NCBI GenBank assembly: GCA_051599415.1
Contig: AP039703.1
Span: 310,001 to 374,000, forward strand
DNA: 64,000 nt
Reading direction: 5' to 3'
DNA from: Savitreella phatthalungensis
Taxonomy: Eukaryota
The notes below the pieces were generated by a model, which ran no database searches, was not told the DNA's origin, and saw nothing but the letters and a program-made list of their open reading frames with translations. Positions 10,723-20,960 of the stretch are shown here, piece after piece; the first letter of the stretch is position 1, and each line of letters opens with the position of its first letter. The position numbers were made by a program, and so were the translations under genes.

Positions 10723-11961
10723 GTCTGCCAGAGCAGGAAAGCCTAAAATTACTCTTCTTCCATTTGACAGGTTCAAGGGCTGGATTTCTATTGGTCGCCT
10801 GTGGGTATTCGGCCTGAAAGGAGACAGACAAAGAGGCAACTCTGGGGACAAGACGAGAAAAGGCAGGAATCCAGGTGAACCGGGAATCTCGGAAGAATAA
10901 AGAAGCCGCCGGATATGTTCAGATATACGCTCAACTGTGCGGTCACAACCATATTCAATCCCAAAATACGGTTTGTATATATTTGTTTGGTACAAGTATA
11001 GCGTATCTCAATTCACACAGTCCAGATGATAGTTCTCTATACCGGTAAGTTGAGAGTAGCTACGGGGAAATGGCTGATTGCGTCACTTTCTCGGTAAGTT
11101 TTCCCCAAACTCAGAGCCAAGTCTTGAGTAACAATAACATCAATGTGATTGACTGGGAATAGTATGCAGTATTGCGATCGAATTTATCGAGATCATGCTA
11201 CCACCTTCAGCTTCATTTCAATCTATCCAGCTTCAAAGTTTTAATGGACGTTGTCAGACTCATAAGCAAGTTCCAACGGCTGAAGATTGATAGTAATGAC
11301 TGAGTGTCGTTGCTGTGTGTTACCGAGTACTGGTTGCAGCCAACTTCCTAGTTGACCTGATCCATCGTTCAGAGTTCACACTCAATCTATTGCCCAGCAC
11401 ATTTCCAAAGCTTACCTGGATGTTACTGCCTAGCTCTTCGCAGCCACCTGTCAAGATGATGGAGAACTCGCGGACACTGGATTGGGTAAGGCCTCACTCT
11501 AGCCAAGGATCATATAGCATGTGGCCAGATGGCCTGCCCTGACAATTCACACTTGGAAGCATCTACATGACATACATCAGCGTCCTTTCCTAGGTTACTC
11601 AGTCGGATCGTGTCCGCCCAAGCATGTAGAATAAGTCAATCACATAAATGCCCTTCCAATGTCTGATTCTTGGCGCACCTCGAGTTCTGTAGACTTTTGC
11701 CTGAAGCAAACCATCGATCGTCGAGACCTATTCCTGTTGCATCTGTTCCACACAGCCTCGGCAAGCCGAGCATGTGCTGATAATGCCGCACACAAGTGTG
11801 CAAAGCATTATGAATGCAAACAAGCATTCAACGCATCGACTGGCTGGGTTCTCACTGAACTACTGAACTACTGCTGATCGAATTCGTTCTTAACTCGACC
11901 TGTCAGTCTTTTACTGGTACTTCATCAATACTTCGTCATGCAGTACTCTACAGAGCTCTAA

Positions 11962-13743
11962 TTACAGTGCTAGAGCCTCTACTAGTGTATCGATAATATC
12001 CAACTCAACCTGAATGCCTTCCAGCTCATCATCATCTTCGTTCATTCTCATGTTCGCATCCGTGTCGTCAACAGCTGTACGCTTGACAGTGTCTTGCAGC
12101 ACCACCTTTAGCTCCTTCAGCGTCCGAACGAAGACCTTCGAGCCGGACGGGCGGTGTTGTCTTATCATCTCCTTCGTCTTAGCGTCCACGGTCTCTTCGA
12201 GTAGCAGCCATGCACACGTGACGTCAATATCCTGCACAATATCAAGTCCTGCCCCGAGTCGAGCGCTGTAGTCAAGGAAGTCAAGCTCAGCGCGTTCATC
12301 TGTCGATAATTTATCGCCACCTTCGAGCTTTGCTCTTGTGTCCTGCTGCTCTTTGCGTAAACGCTTGACCTTCAGAGCATTTTTCGCGCGCAACGTCAGC
12401 AGCAATTGCACCTTCTCGCCACCATTCGCGTTCAGCCAATCGATCAGAGCCGCGCGCTCCACATCGTCGCTAGCCAAGTACTTCAATAAAGACGCCACGA
12501 TGGAGATCACGTGTCCAAGAGACGGTGCTCCCATTTTTCCATCCAGTAACAACATTTCAAGGTGTGGCAGGGTGCCTGCATCGACAAGACGCTGGCAGAT
12601 GAGACTGCCTGTGAATGGCGTGCACGCATGCCCAAGCACCTTGAGTGCAATCTGAGCCATGATACTCTGCGAGTCACGCATCAGTAATTCCATCAGCTCA
12701 GTCCCTTCCGCCTCGAAGAAAGCATCCTTGCCTCGGCGCACCATGACTAGGGAACACAGACAATTCGCGAGATCGGTGACCAGAGTCTTGTTCGGCGAAT
12801 GTTTGTCAAGCTTAACTTTCCGCCATCGTGCGAGCGTCTCGAGTAATGTTTCGACCAAATTTTCGGATTGAGCAGCTCTCGCCGGCACTTTTGAGGTCTG
12901 CAGCAGCGTCGCTAGAGTTTCTGTGGCATGCAGCGCGGTTTCGAGAAGACGTTCGTCGCGCGATCGAGCATATTGGTCAGCGATCGCTATTAGACGACCG
13001 CTTATAGTCATCATCGCTTGAGAGCACAGTGCTTCGTCCTCAATCAGGACGTCGATCAGGTCTAGAGCTCCACGAGCGATGACTGTATCATCAATAATCC
13101 CATCTCCTTTGAAAAGACGAGCGAACAACCTACTGAGCTTCAGCAATAGCTCGTGCCGCGCCAGTGCATCAAGCAGAGCTCTCAGTGCTTGTTCCGGAGG
13201 TGTGACATCTTCCTCAAGCAGATCAGTCAGGCTTCGCACAGCTGTAGCGCAGATGTCAATATTTTCGTGTGCTGTGAGGGCCACTAGCAACGCCACTAAG
13301 CCAGTCTGCTCATCATCAGCCGCTTCGATGTAAAGCGCCGGCGATTCCGCCAAACGACTGCATGCTTCTATCGCACTATTGAGAGCGAACTCACTCTCCA
13401 AGAAGCGTTCCGGCTCAGACACATGACTTGCGCGCATGTTCTGATTATGATTGGTCGCCTGTTCCAGTGTGCGCATTGTGGCCTTCAGCTCGAGTGCATC
13501 GAACTGACGGATGATTGAGGCATGATTGCTTCCTGCTGTGGCGTCGGTCTCCGTTTGTGCTGCCTTGTCTACGAAGTCTAGAGCATGTTGCTCTTCTGCT
13601 GTGAGTCCGTCACCATTGAAGCGGGCATCAGCCTCTTCTTCAGCAGTCGGTGACAGAGCTTCGTCTGCAGGCTTCTCGTCACTTGCATGCTCGAGACGAG
13701 GTCTCTTTGCAACATGACGCGGAGCAAAGGGAATTGCTGACAT
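11962..13743 (-). CDS. Beta-catenin-like protein 1 (CTNNBL1, Prp19-complex-associated splicing factor)
   Basis: NQNMR...PERFLESEFAL, LLVALTAHENIDI, NCLCSL, GKDAFFEAEGTELM, RLGAGL..Q.ID match the CTNNBL family pattern. Confidence 0.85.
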   Translation of the reverse strand: MSAIPFAPRHVAKRPRLEHASDEKPADEALSPTAEEEADARFNGDGLTAEEQHALDFVDKAAQTETDATAGSNHASIIRQFDALELKATMRTLEQATNHNQNMRASHVSEPERFLESEFALNSAIEACSRLAESPALYIEAADDEQTGLVALLVALTAHENIDICATAVRSLTDLLEEDVTPPEQALRALLDALARHELLLKLSRLFARLFKGDGIIDDTVIARGALDLIDVLIEDEALCSQAMMTISGRLIAIADQYARSRDERLLETALHATETLATLLQTSKVPARAAQSENLVETLLETLARWRKVKLDKHSPNKTLVTDLANCLCSLVMVRRGKDAFFEAEGTELMELLMRDSQSIMAQIALKVLGHACTPFTGSLICQRLVDAGTLPHLEMLLLDGKMGAPSLGHVISIVASLLKYLASDDVERAALIDWLNANGGEKVQLLLTLRAKNALKVKRLRKEQQDTRAKLEGGDKLSTDERAELDFLDYSARLGAGLDIVQDIDVTCAWLLLEETVDAKTKEMIRQHRPSGSKVFVRTLKELKVVLQDTVKRTAVDDTDANMRMNEDDDELEGIQVELDIIDTLVEALAL

Positions 13744-13930
13744 ACAGGAGACGTCGTGTTGGAACAGAGTCTCGATCCGGAATGATATTTTACTCTAAAG
13801 CCAACACTGTATGCTCGCTCATAAACACCGTCGTCATTGTGTTTCCATTTTTAGCAATTTTTGCGCGCACGACGAATGTCGATGTGGACCTTGCAGTCTG
13901 CCTTCAGACAGACATAGCGATAAGATTGAG

Positions 13931-14788
13931 ATGCCGGCGTTTGTAACGTCGTCTCAAACGCGTTCGACTGCAGCGCGACCTCGGGCGGCGCCTTATGAGC
14001 TTTCGTCCCACAACAATAACAGAGGCCCGACTCGGCAAGCAGAGAGAGCGTCGGATGTGACGCGCACAGCGAGTGACACCGCGCCGCTAGGCAGTGACGT
14101 CAGTCACATTGCCGGAAGTTCGCTTCAAACGCCGATACATGGTTCGCATACTGGGTCATCGAGGTTGAAAGGAGCACAGGCAAGCTCAAAGGCACAAACA
14201 GCGGAGAATACAGTGGTAAGAACAGGTGGAGGTAAGGTCTGGACGGATGCCTCTCTGCTCGAGTGGGATCCATCCCACTTCCGACTCTATGTCGGTAATC
14301 TTGGCGGTGAGGTCAACGACGCCTCGCTTGCTGCCGCTTTCGCAGCGTATCCATCGCTTTCGAAAGCTCGGGTGGTGCGTGATAAGCGGACGGGCAAGTC
14401 GAAAGGCTTTGGTTTTCTGTCGTTCGCCGAGGCAAACGATGTCCTTGCAGCATGGCGGAGAATGAATGGTAAGTACGTCGGCTCCAGACCTGTTCAGCTC
14501 GAACGTGCAGAGACAGAGGTGACGGCAACCACTGTAACACAACGCTCGCTCGACCGCAAACGGCAAAAGTCAGATTTCAACCGAATTGCGCAAGGACGAA
14601 GTCTGGCGACCAACGAGGTGCACGACGCTCATCGCGATTCTACGTCCAAATCATCAATTGGACCGGCATCGCTCATCAACGAAAAGCAGGAGGACAAGAC
14701 ACCAGGAATGTCTCCTGCAGGTGCTCGGGGCGTCGCAACACCCGCCACGCTGACAAGCTTCGTGCCGCGAGGTGTGCGCAAGCGATAG
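13931..14788 (+). CDS. RBM42-like RRM protein (tri-snRNP associated)
   Basis: VVRTGGGKVWTDASLLEWDPSHFRLYVGNL, KSKGFGFLSF and MNGKYVGSRP are the RBM42 signature. Start inferred at ATG 13931; the ORF is open from 13811. Confidence 0.85.
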   Translation: MPAFVTSSQTRSTAARPRAAPYELSSHNNNRGPTRQAERASDVTRTASDTAPLGSDVSHIAGSSLQTPIHGSHTGSSRLKGAQASSKAQTAENTVVRTGGGKVWTDASLLEWDPSHFRLYVGNLGGEVNDASLAAAFAAYPSLSKARVVRDKRTGKSKGFGFLSFAEANDVLAAWRRMNGKYVGSRPVQLERAETEVTATTVTQRSLDRKRQKSDFNRIAQGRSLATNEVHDAHRDSTSKSSIGPASLINEKQEDKTPGMSPAGARGVATPATLTSFVPRGVRKR

Positions 14789-14844
14789 GAAAATGCTAAA
14801 AACCTAGAAGCATTACAGGCTAGTAGTGCAATGACAGCAATCTT

Positions 14845-16302
14845 CTATGTCTGTCGTCCCCTGTGGACATCTGCTATACGTTCTTCCTCCGGCACCTCGT
14901 CTTCATACGGGTCGCCAGAGGCACTAACAAGCGAAGTATAACTGGGATCAACGACAACACCAGGTGCCATGTCGTACAGATACTCGCCATCTTCCTCGTC
15001 ATCGCCCGCTTCGACATCCCTCCATCTGTTCGCATCAGGAGTCTGTTCATCAGCGTGCCCGTCATTGGCCTGGTCTTGCTGGCGTATGTTCTGCTTGACG
15101 GCATTTCTGACCTTCGCGAAGCGGAAGACGTTGTAGACGACAATGCCGAGGATTGTGATGCCCAACCCGGAAAGATTCATTGGGGTCAAGGCATCGCCGT
15201 AGATGACAGCCGAAGCTCCGATTGTCAAAACTTCTTTTAGAATTCCTGCCACAGATAGCGTCACGACAGACGTGCGGCGGATGAGAGCGAATTCGGAGGC
15301 CGTCATGCCGAAAGCTAATAGTCCGGGGAACATGAGCAACGGAACTGAATACAGAATACCGCGCTCATGCCAGAGATTGGCTGACAAGAATTGAAGCGGG
15401 CCTTCCATAGCGCACGCCAAAATGAACAAGCACACGAACATGACGGGTGCCAAGCGATAAATGCTTGCAAAGGGATTACGTGTTGCGGGATTACCATGCA
15501 GCAGCATCTGGGTCAACGACCACCGCAACCCGCCCATCGCTGCAGCTGTCATAATGAGAAGGAAGCCTTCCAGGACAAAACGGGTCTCTGTAGCCACCAT
15601 GAGTACAACGCCAACGGTGATAAGTCCAATGACACCGACGAGGTGCCAAGTCGGCCGTTCCAACCGGAAAATGAACGCAAACAGAAGCACGAATGCGAGC
15701 GAGGAAGACTTACACATCGTGTAGAACGCAAGGGAGATCGTCTTCAAGCTTGCATTAGAAAACCCGATGTCGAGCGCAGTCGCCGCACCACACGGACCGA
15801 GCTTTGTCACGTAGTCGCGAGCGGACACGCTTGCGTCAAGCGATTTGCGATAGCGCGGTATGACGCGCAGGACGATCGCTGCGCAACAGAATTGCAGGAG
15901 CATATGGATCGAAGTCGAGAACAATGGGAAAGGAAAATTCAATCCTTTGCCTTCGCGAGTGACCAGTGTTGCTGTGCCGTCGGACGGTCCGGAATTTTGC
16001 GTAGGGCGACCAGGCAACTTGTGCGGCGCATCTGAGAACATCCACTTGTTGTAGATCGAAAGCGTCATGCTCAGTCCGAACCAGCAGAGTGTCAGCATGC
16101 TGTTGATCAAGATATCGCGCACGACAATGCGATTTACCCGTCGCTTCTCTTGACGCTTTTGTTGGCTGGTGTTCATCTCTTCTGCATCAGTCGCGACGTT
16201 CATCCTGGATTCTTCATGATCATGCGCTTCGTCAACGTCGAAGTCGTCATCCTGCACTTCCCGGCTTGCACGCGCAGATCGAGTTTGGGGCATGGTGACC
16301 AT
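14845..16302 (-). CDS. TPT/nucleotide-sugar transporter family protein (SLC35C2/Ymd8-like)
   Basis: LSIYNKWMF, FPFPLF, ATALDIGFSNASL, FYTMCKSS..FVLLFAFIFRLE, GLRWSLTQ, SVVTLSVAGILKE; about 10 hydrophobic segments. Start uncertain (first in-frame ATG at 16302). Confidence 0.88.
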   Translation of the reverse strand: MVTMPQTRSARASREVQDDDFDVDEAHDHEESRMNVATDAEEMNTSQQKRQEKRRVNRIVVRDILINSMLTLCWFGLSMTLSIYNKWMFSDAPHKLPGRPTQNSGPSDGTATLVTREGKGLNFPFPLFSTSIHMLLQFCCAAIVLRVIPRYRKSLDASVSARDYVTKLGPCGAATALDIGFSNASLKTISLAFYTMCKSSSLAFVLLFAFIFRLERPTWHLVGVIGLITVGVVLMVATETRFVLEGFLLIMTAAAMGGLRWSLTQMLLHGNPATRNPFASIYRLAPVMFVCLFILACAMEGPLQFLSANLWHERGILYSVPLLMFPGLLAFGMTASEFALIRRTSVVTLSVAGILKEVLTIGASAVIYGDALTPMNLSGLGITILGIVVYNVFRFAKVRNAVKQNIRQQDQANDGHADEQTPDANRWRDVEAGDDEEDGEYLYDMAPGVVVDPSYTSLVSASGDPYEDEVPEEERIADVHRGRQT

Positions 16303-16641
16303 GTCGGCTAGCACGGGAGTAGCACGGCTCTTGGACGGAGTATGATGCTCCGGAGTTTTCTCCACTTTCTTTCATTCCCTCTTAGACATCACGGCGTCGC
16401 TTTCCATGACGCCTATGTCTAAGTGGTGGTCTAGTGGCTCGATCTTCGTGCAGCAGCGCGTAATATGTTGCGTATGGCTACGCCGTCGTTCCGATGATTT
16501 TCCAGGATACAGAGTTTACGAGGATGTGACTAAAAATAGCTCAAAAATCCGCAATTGCAACTACGATCTCATGGTGAATGTGCGTTACGTCAAACTGATA
16601 ATTCATCCCTTCTGCCATAGGCGATGCGCTACGAGGTTTGT

Positions 16642-18831
16642 TCACTTGAGCTTGCTCTTGGCAACAACATTCACGCCATCAGTCTTTTGCTCTCCGGTAC
16701 CGGAGCTTGCAGCGGCTACAGCAGCTTGCTTTTCGTCCTCTTTCAAATGCTTCAGCTCCCCTTCTTCAAGCCGTCCATTACCATCATCTTCATCATCATC
16801 ATCAACGTCATCATTGCCTTCGTCCCGATCATTCTCGGAAGTGTCTTCTGACGGTGCATAGTCCGGATCCTCGTCGGAATTCTCATCATCTTCCTCTCTC
16901 AAGATACTCTCTTCGCCACCATCGTCATCTTCGTCCGAGAAGTCGATCTGTGGCAGGGTCGGCCGCCAGAAGGTGAAGTCTGTGTAATCGCTCTCGTCCT
17001 TTGCAACTTCTTCCTGCGATGTCACTGGAGGGAAGAAGTGATCGACTAGTTCCTGCATAGACATATAGGACGATTTGTAGCCTGCAAATTGAAGCAGCTC
17101 CATATGGACATCGCCATATGAATTGATGGTGAAGATACGCGATGACTTGACGCCGACATAGCGATACGATATTGCATCAGTGATGCGATTGCCAAAACCT
17201 GCGTGGAAGGGCTTGTTCTCCTTGCCAAAGAGATTTTGTAAGTCGCGCAAGCACTGCATCTTGAAGACTTCCGGCTTGCGAAGGATCATTTCCCTTCGCA
17301 GGGCAGCCATGGTTCGATCTGGCGAAAGGATGACAGGCCCCGGTGGCAGCTTGTACTTGTCTTGCACGATTGAGCGCAGGTAGTTCCGTGTACTGTCTGC
17401 TTGTCCAGCTGACCTGGAAGAGAGATAGAGCCAATGGTAACCATTGTGGGCGATGTCTGTATAGAGACGCGCAACACCTGGGTGTGTCCAGTCTCTTCCG
17501 ACCATATTGAAGAGGTGGCCGAGGGCATCGCTCTTCGTGATTGTTCCATCAATGTCCGAGATCACGACTGGCTCATTGTACCGCCAGTAGAACAAGGAAG
17601 CTGTGCAGGTGGATTTTCCGACGGTGAAAGACATCTTGTTTTCGCCGCGGGCAAGCTCCAATGATTTCAGTTGATCAGACGTCAGTCGGAGGGTCTTTGC
17701 GTAGTTCAGGGTGTCCGTGGTCGCTCCCTGTCCAGCTGGTAGCTGAGGTGGAGTGCGCGGGACATCGGATCTCGCTTCGCTGCGAGCGTCGTCGGTGAGC
17801 TCCGGTGGCGGTGGCGACGAAGAGCGGACGCTGAGGGCGTATCTCTTGTTCTCAGCCGTCGCGTGGATCCAGAGATTGCCGTGTTCGTCAGCCGTGACGA
17901 GTGAATCGCGCTGTGAGAGATCCTCGGCAGCAGCAATGTGATCAGACACAGAACCGACTTGCGCAAAGTCATCGTCATTAGACTTATAGCCGTGCATGTC
18001 GAGCATGACATCTCCAGCATCCGTGATGTGTGTCGGGATGTCTTCTGTGGAGAGCTTCCTCATCAGCTCTTCTGCCTTTGCCAAAGCTTGTCTCGTGTGT
18101 TCGCTCAGATCTTCGCGAGCACGGAAATTTGCGATGGTACTGGCCGGCGATGTCGTACGCTGCAACTGCGGCAATGCATTGTCTGCATTGACTGTATGTC
18201 TTCGATGACCTGCTCTTGTACTTTCGTCGTCGGGGCTGGTTGATGAGCCGGGGCTGGTCGCAAGGTCGTCCCAATTACCGGAATTTGGTCTGACTAGGAC
18301 GCTGCCTTGAGCACGTTGGCCCAGCGGTGCAGCAAGAGTCGGGTGAGCCAGATCTGTCGGCGGGGAGGAATTCGGCCTTTGTACTTGGTCCATGCTATTG
18401 GCACGCATCTGTCGACCGGCTGCTGATGAACCCTCCGCGTTGAGGTCGAACGGCTCGACGTCCTGGAGCCCTGGCGATGGGGGTCGATTTGCTGCTGAGT
18501 CCGGGCTAGGACTGCCTACTGGACTGACAACCGGGGAGGTCTGAAGCTCGACAGGGACATCGGCATCAGTCTGAAAGACGAAGAAGGCTTCACCGCCGTC
18601 CCCTAGCTTCATAGGGAACGGTACTTTTGTGCTGTTGAGCTTGAAGTCTACTTTCTTCTCGCTTGGCCTAAGCAGCTGAAACTTGCCGAATCGGACATGG
18701 AAAGGCGAGCACGCGAGGTCACCATTCTCCTGCTCGACAACAACCACATCGATTGCGCCGCTCAGAGTGGCCGGATTGATGGAGTTCCAAGTTTTGGAGA
18801 CGCTACCGACGGCGCGGCCCAGAAGGTTCAT
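16642..18831 (-). CDS. PAH1: Lipin-family Mg2+-dependent phosphatidate phosphatase (Pah1/Ned1)
   Basis: N-LIP domain WNSINPATLSGAIDV..SPFHVRFGK; C-LIP catalytic DIDGT motif with ITKSDALGH and GFGNRITD; acidic tail. Confidence 0.95.
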   Translation of the reverse strand: MNLLGRAVGSVSKTWNSINPATLSGAIDVVVVEQENGDLACSPFHVRFGKFQLLRPSEKKVDFKLNSTKVPFPMKLGDGGEAFFVFQTDADVPVELQTSPVVSPVGSPSPDSAANRPPSPGLQDVEPFDLNAEGSSAAGRQMRANSMDQVQRPNSSPPTDLAHPTLAAPLGQRAQGSVLVRPNSGNWDDLATSPGSSTSPDDESTRAGHRRHTVNADNALPQLQRTTSPASTIANFRAREDLSEHTRQALAKAEELMRKLSTEDIPTHITDAGDVMLDMHGYKSNDDDFAQVGSVSDHIAAAEDLSQRDSLVTADEHGNLWIHATAENKRYALSVRSSSPPPPELTDDARSEARSDVPRTPPQLPAGQGATTDTLNYAKTLRLTSDQLKSLELARGENKMSFTVGKSTCTASLFYWRYNEPVVISDIDGTITKSDALGHLFNMVGRDWTHPGVARLYTDIAHNGYHWLYLSSRSAGQADSTRNYLRSIVQDKYKLPPGPVILSPDRTMAALRREMILRKPEVFKMQCLRDLQNLFGKENKPFHAGFGNRITDAISYRYVGVKSSRIFTINSYGDVHMELLQFAGYKSSYMSMQELVDHFFPPVTSQEEVAKDESDYTDFTFWRPTLPQIDFSDEDDDGGEESILREEDDENSDEDPDYAPSEDTSENDRDEGNDDVDDDDEDDGNGRLEEGELKHLKEDEKQAAVAAASSGTGEQKTDGVNVVAKSKLK

Positions 18832-19302
18832 ATCAGCTGTTCTGCCAAGATGCGGTCGTCAAGTGCCTTTGCGTCGAGCAACTCCGAGCGGAGTAATTGA
18901 CCCGCTCCGTGATGTGATGAGACGATCGGATATCCAAGATCTCGACGTTGACCTCTACACGAGCTTGTGCTGAAGCGAGATGACAGTCGCACAAGTGAGC
19001 AGGAGATCGCTAAATGATTCCTAATGGCGACAAAAATGCAACAGGCTCAACGTCCTTCGATTTCGATCGATAGAAGTTGAAAGAACAGCTCACAGTGCTG
19101 CTGTCAAGGAGGTTTGCTCAATTGACCCGGCATAGGTAGGTCATCCATCCACTTGGTTGTACGGACAAAGCTAGTAGGTAATTACGGAGCCAGCGGGAAG
19201 GTATTAGCCGGCGGCTGCTGTGCCGTGCATCCAGTGTTCTGCCTCCACATCCACGCGGTCGAATCTGCCTCTCCACGAATAGTACTATAAGTAAGTAACA
19301 CA

Positions 19303-19326
19303 GTACGTACGTACGTACGTACGTAC
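19303..19326. repeat. (GTAC)6 self-complementary tetranucleotide microsatellite
   Basis: Six consecutive GTAC units. Confidence 0.9.
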
Positions 19327-19588
19327 ATACTGCGTTTGTATATTACACGCATATAAATTCGATTCAGTGTCATAATCACGTGCCAGAACGACAATCACGG
19401 TCTGGAGCGTAGAATTCAACTGAGAGCTTAATTGAGTGATGAATTTCATCTAATACAAATTTATAAATTATAAAGCTTACCCTGCCAAATTCAACTCGAC
19501 TGGAATGTCGAACATACCTAAATTAATTAATACGTATATGCAGTGCATGTGTGATATGATAAAGTTGGAATACTAGATGATTACTCCA

Positions 19589-19965
19589 GGCGGGACCACG
19601 TACTATTTTTGAGTCATGGGTGGAACGCTGGAACGAATTGATCGTCATTGGATCTAGTGATACAGCTCATCAAGGGTCATGTATTGCAAATTTGCTTCTG
19701 CTCATGCTTCCGAGCTGGCGCAGACGGAATTCGAGCAGAGCAAAATGAGGAATTCTTTCGACTCGATGTGAACCATACACAGATGTGGTGAGATGAAAGT
19801 CGTTGGTTCGAATTCTCATTTTGCTTCGCTCGCGATAAATTCTGTGCTGCACCATAAATCAGCTTAAAAGTCAAAATTCTGCATAGTCCAACAGTAGCTT
19901 CAATTAAGGAAAATTCGTTCGGAATATTTGAGAGCAATGATTGAAGACTCGGTCAGCGTCCCGAC
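19589..19965. repeat. Long degenerate inverted repeat (fold-back / MITE-like or hairpin RNA)
   Basis: Nested complementary blocks around a centre near 19780, e.g. AGCAAAATGAG (19739) / CTCATTTTGCT (19815) and GAACGAATT (19631) / AATTCGTTC (19912). Confidence 0.7.
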
Positions 19966-20233
19966 TCGACAAACATTCGCAGTTTCCTCTGGATGCGCGG
20001 CGACTTACAGAACGAACCTTCTTCTGCCGTGTCACTGACAGTCCTGTTTAAAGACGTGTCTGAGCTCTCACAACTCTTTTATTCGGTCAACAACTCCATC
20101 ATCCAAGCGCTCAATGGCTCAAATCGCTTTTTACACCATGGTTGGTGATACAAATATGTACTACAATCGAGGTTGTCTGCTCTGTCGTTCGTGATCCTCA
20201 CCGTCGTAATCATCGTCATAATACAATTCTCTG

Positions 20234-20845
20234 TCAAGCTTTGCCAGTCCAGACACGTGATCGAAAGGTCGTGCTGGACACAGTCTGCACGCGAATCGGC
20301 GTCAGATTCCAGCGACGACAAGGGCGACCACTACGATCGAGCGCTGCCAAACCTCCCACGTTTGGCGGTAGTATAGGCCCAGGATCGCCTGCAGTCCCCG
20401 TAGCGACACTTTGAGTCTGAGTTCCAGCGGCCGGTTGCCCTGCTGCGGAGGTGGAAGCACTGCCGGGGCCGGGAGACGCGCCGTCTGTTGCTACTGGCGG
20501 ACGGACTTTCTTGACATGCTTTCGTTTAGGGACAGCCTGCTGGGGCGTGCCTGATGCAGCAGGCGTAGATCGATCGCCTGCACCCAGAGGTGTCGTCATG
20601 CCTGGCGTGGTCGCGGAGGAACCCTTGGTATCAGGGTCGACATCAGCCTTACCTGCTTTTGCACCCGAGCTCCCGCTCTTGTTCGACTTCTTACTTTTTT
20701 CTGGCGCTTCCGTGTGCCTAGGCTTCTCCGTCCCTGCCATTGATTTGGGATCATACTGGACAGACCGCAACTGTTCTGCCGGCAGGCGAATGCGAAGCTT
20801 GCCTCCCGATAGCCGCTGTACGGTAAAGCTGCTTGGGCGCTCCAT
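20234..20845 (-). CDS. INO80 complex subunit Ies4-like protein
   Basis: Low-complexity body with C-terminal GLAALDRSGRPCRRW...F..RVW, resembling the fungal INO80_Ies4 motif. Start at ATG 20845. Confidence 0.7.
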   Translation of the reverse strand: MERPSSFTVQRLSGGKLRIRLPAEQLRSVQYDPKSMAGTEKPRHTEAPEKSKKSNKSGSSGAKAGKADVDPDTKGSSATTPGMTTPLGAGDRSTPAASGTPQQAVPKRKHVKKVRPPVATDGASPGPGSASTSAAGQPAAGTQTQSVATGTAGDPGPILPPNVGGLAALDRSGRPCRRWNLTPIRVQTVSSTTFRSRVWTGKA

Positions 20846-20905
20846 CAACAGATTTGATTTCTTCAGACTTCTTTGAAGCCTAGCGCCCACTCGTAATTCA
20901 GTAAG

Positions 20906-20960
20906 GGATTCGACGAGTGTGATATGCGATGACAGGATTCGAAGAGTGTGATATGCGATG
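20906..20960. repeat. 26-bp direct repeat, period 29, one mismatch
   Basis: GGATTCGA(C/A)GAGTGTGATATGCGATG at 20906 and 20935. Confidence 0.85.

Noticed and set aside
10568..10900. Short ORFs with poly-His or poly-Met runs
   Set aside because: These are translations of the (GAT)n microsatellite; no other coding evidence.
16642..16660. PAH1 C-terminus ...KSKLK resembling PTS1
   Set aside because: SKL is followed by Lys, so it is not terminal.
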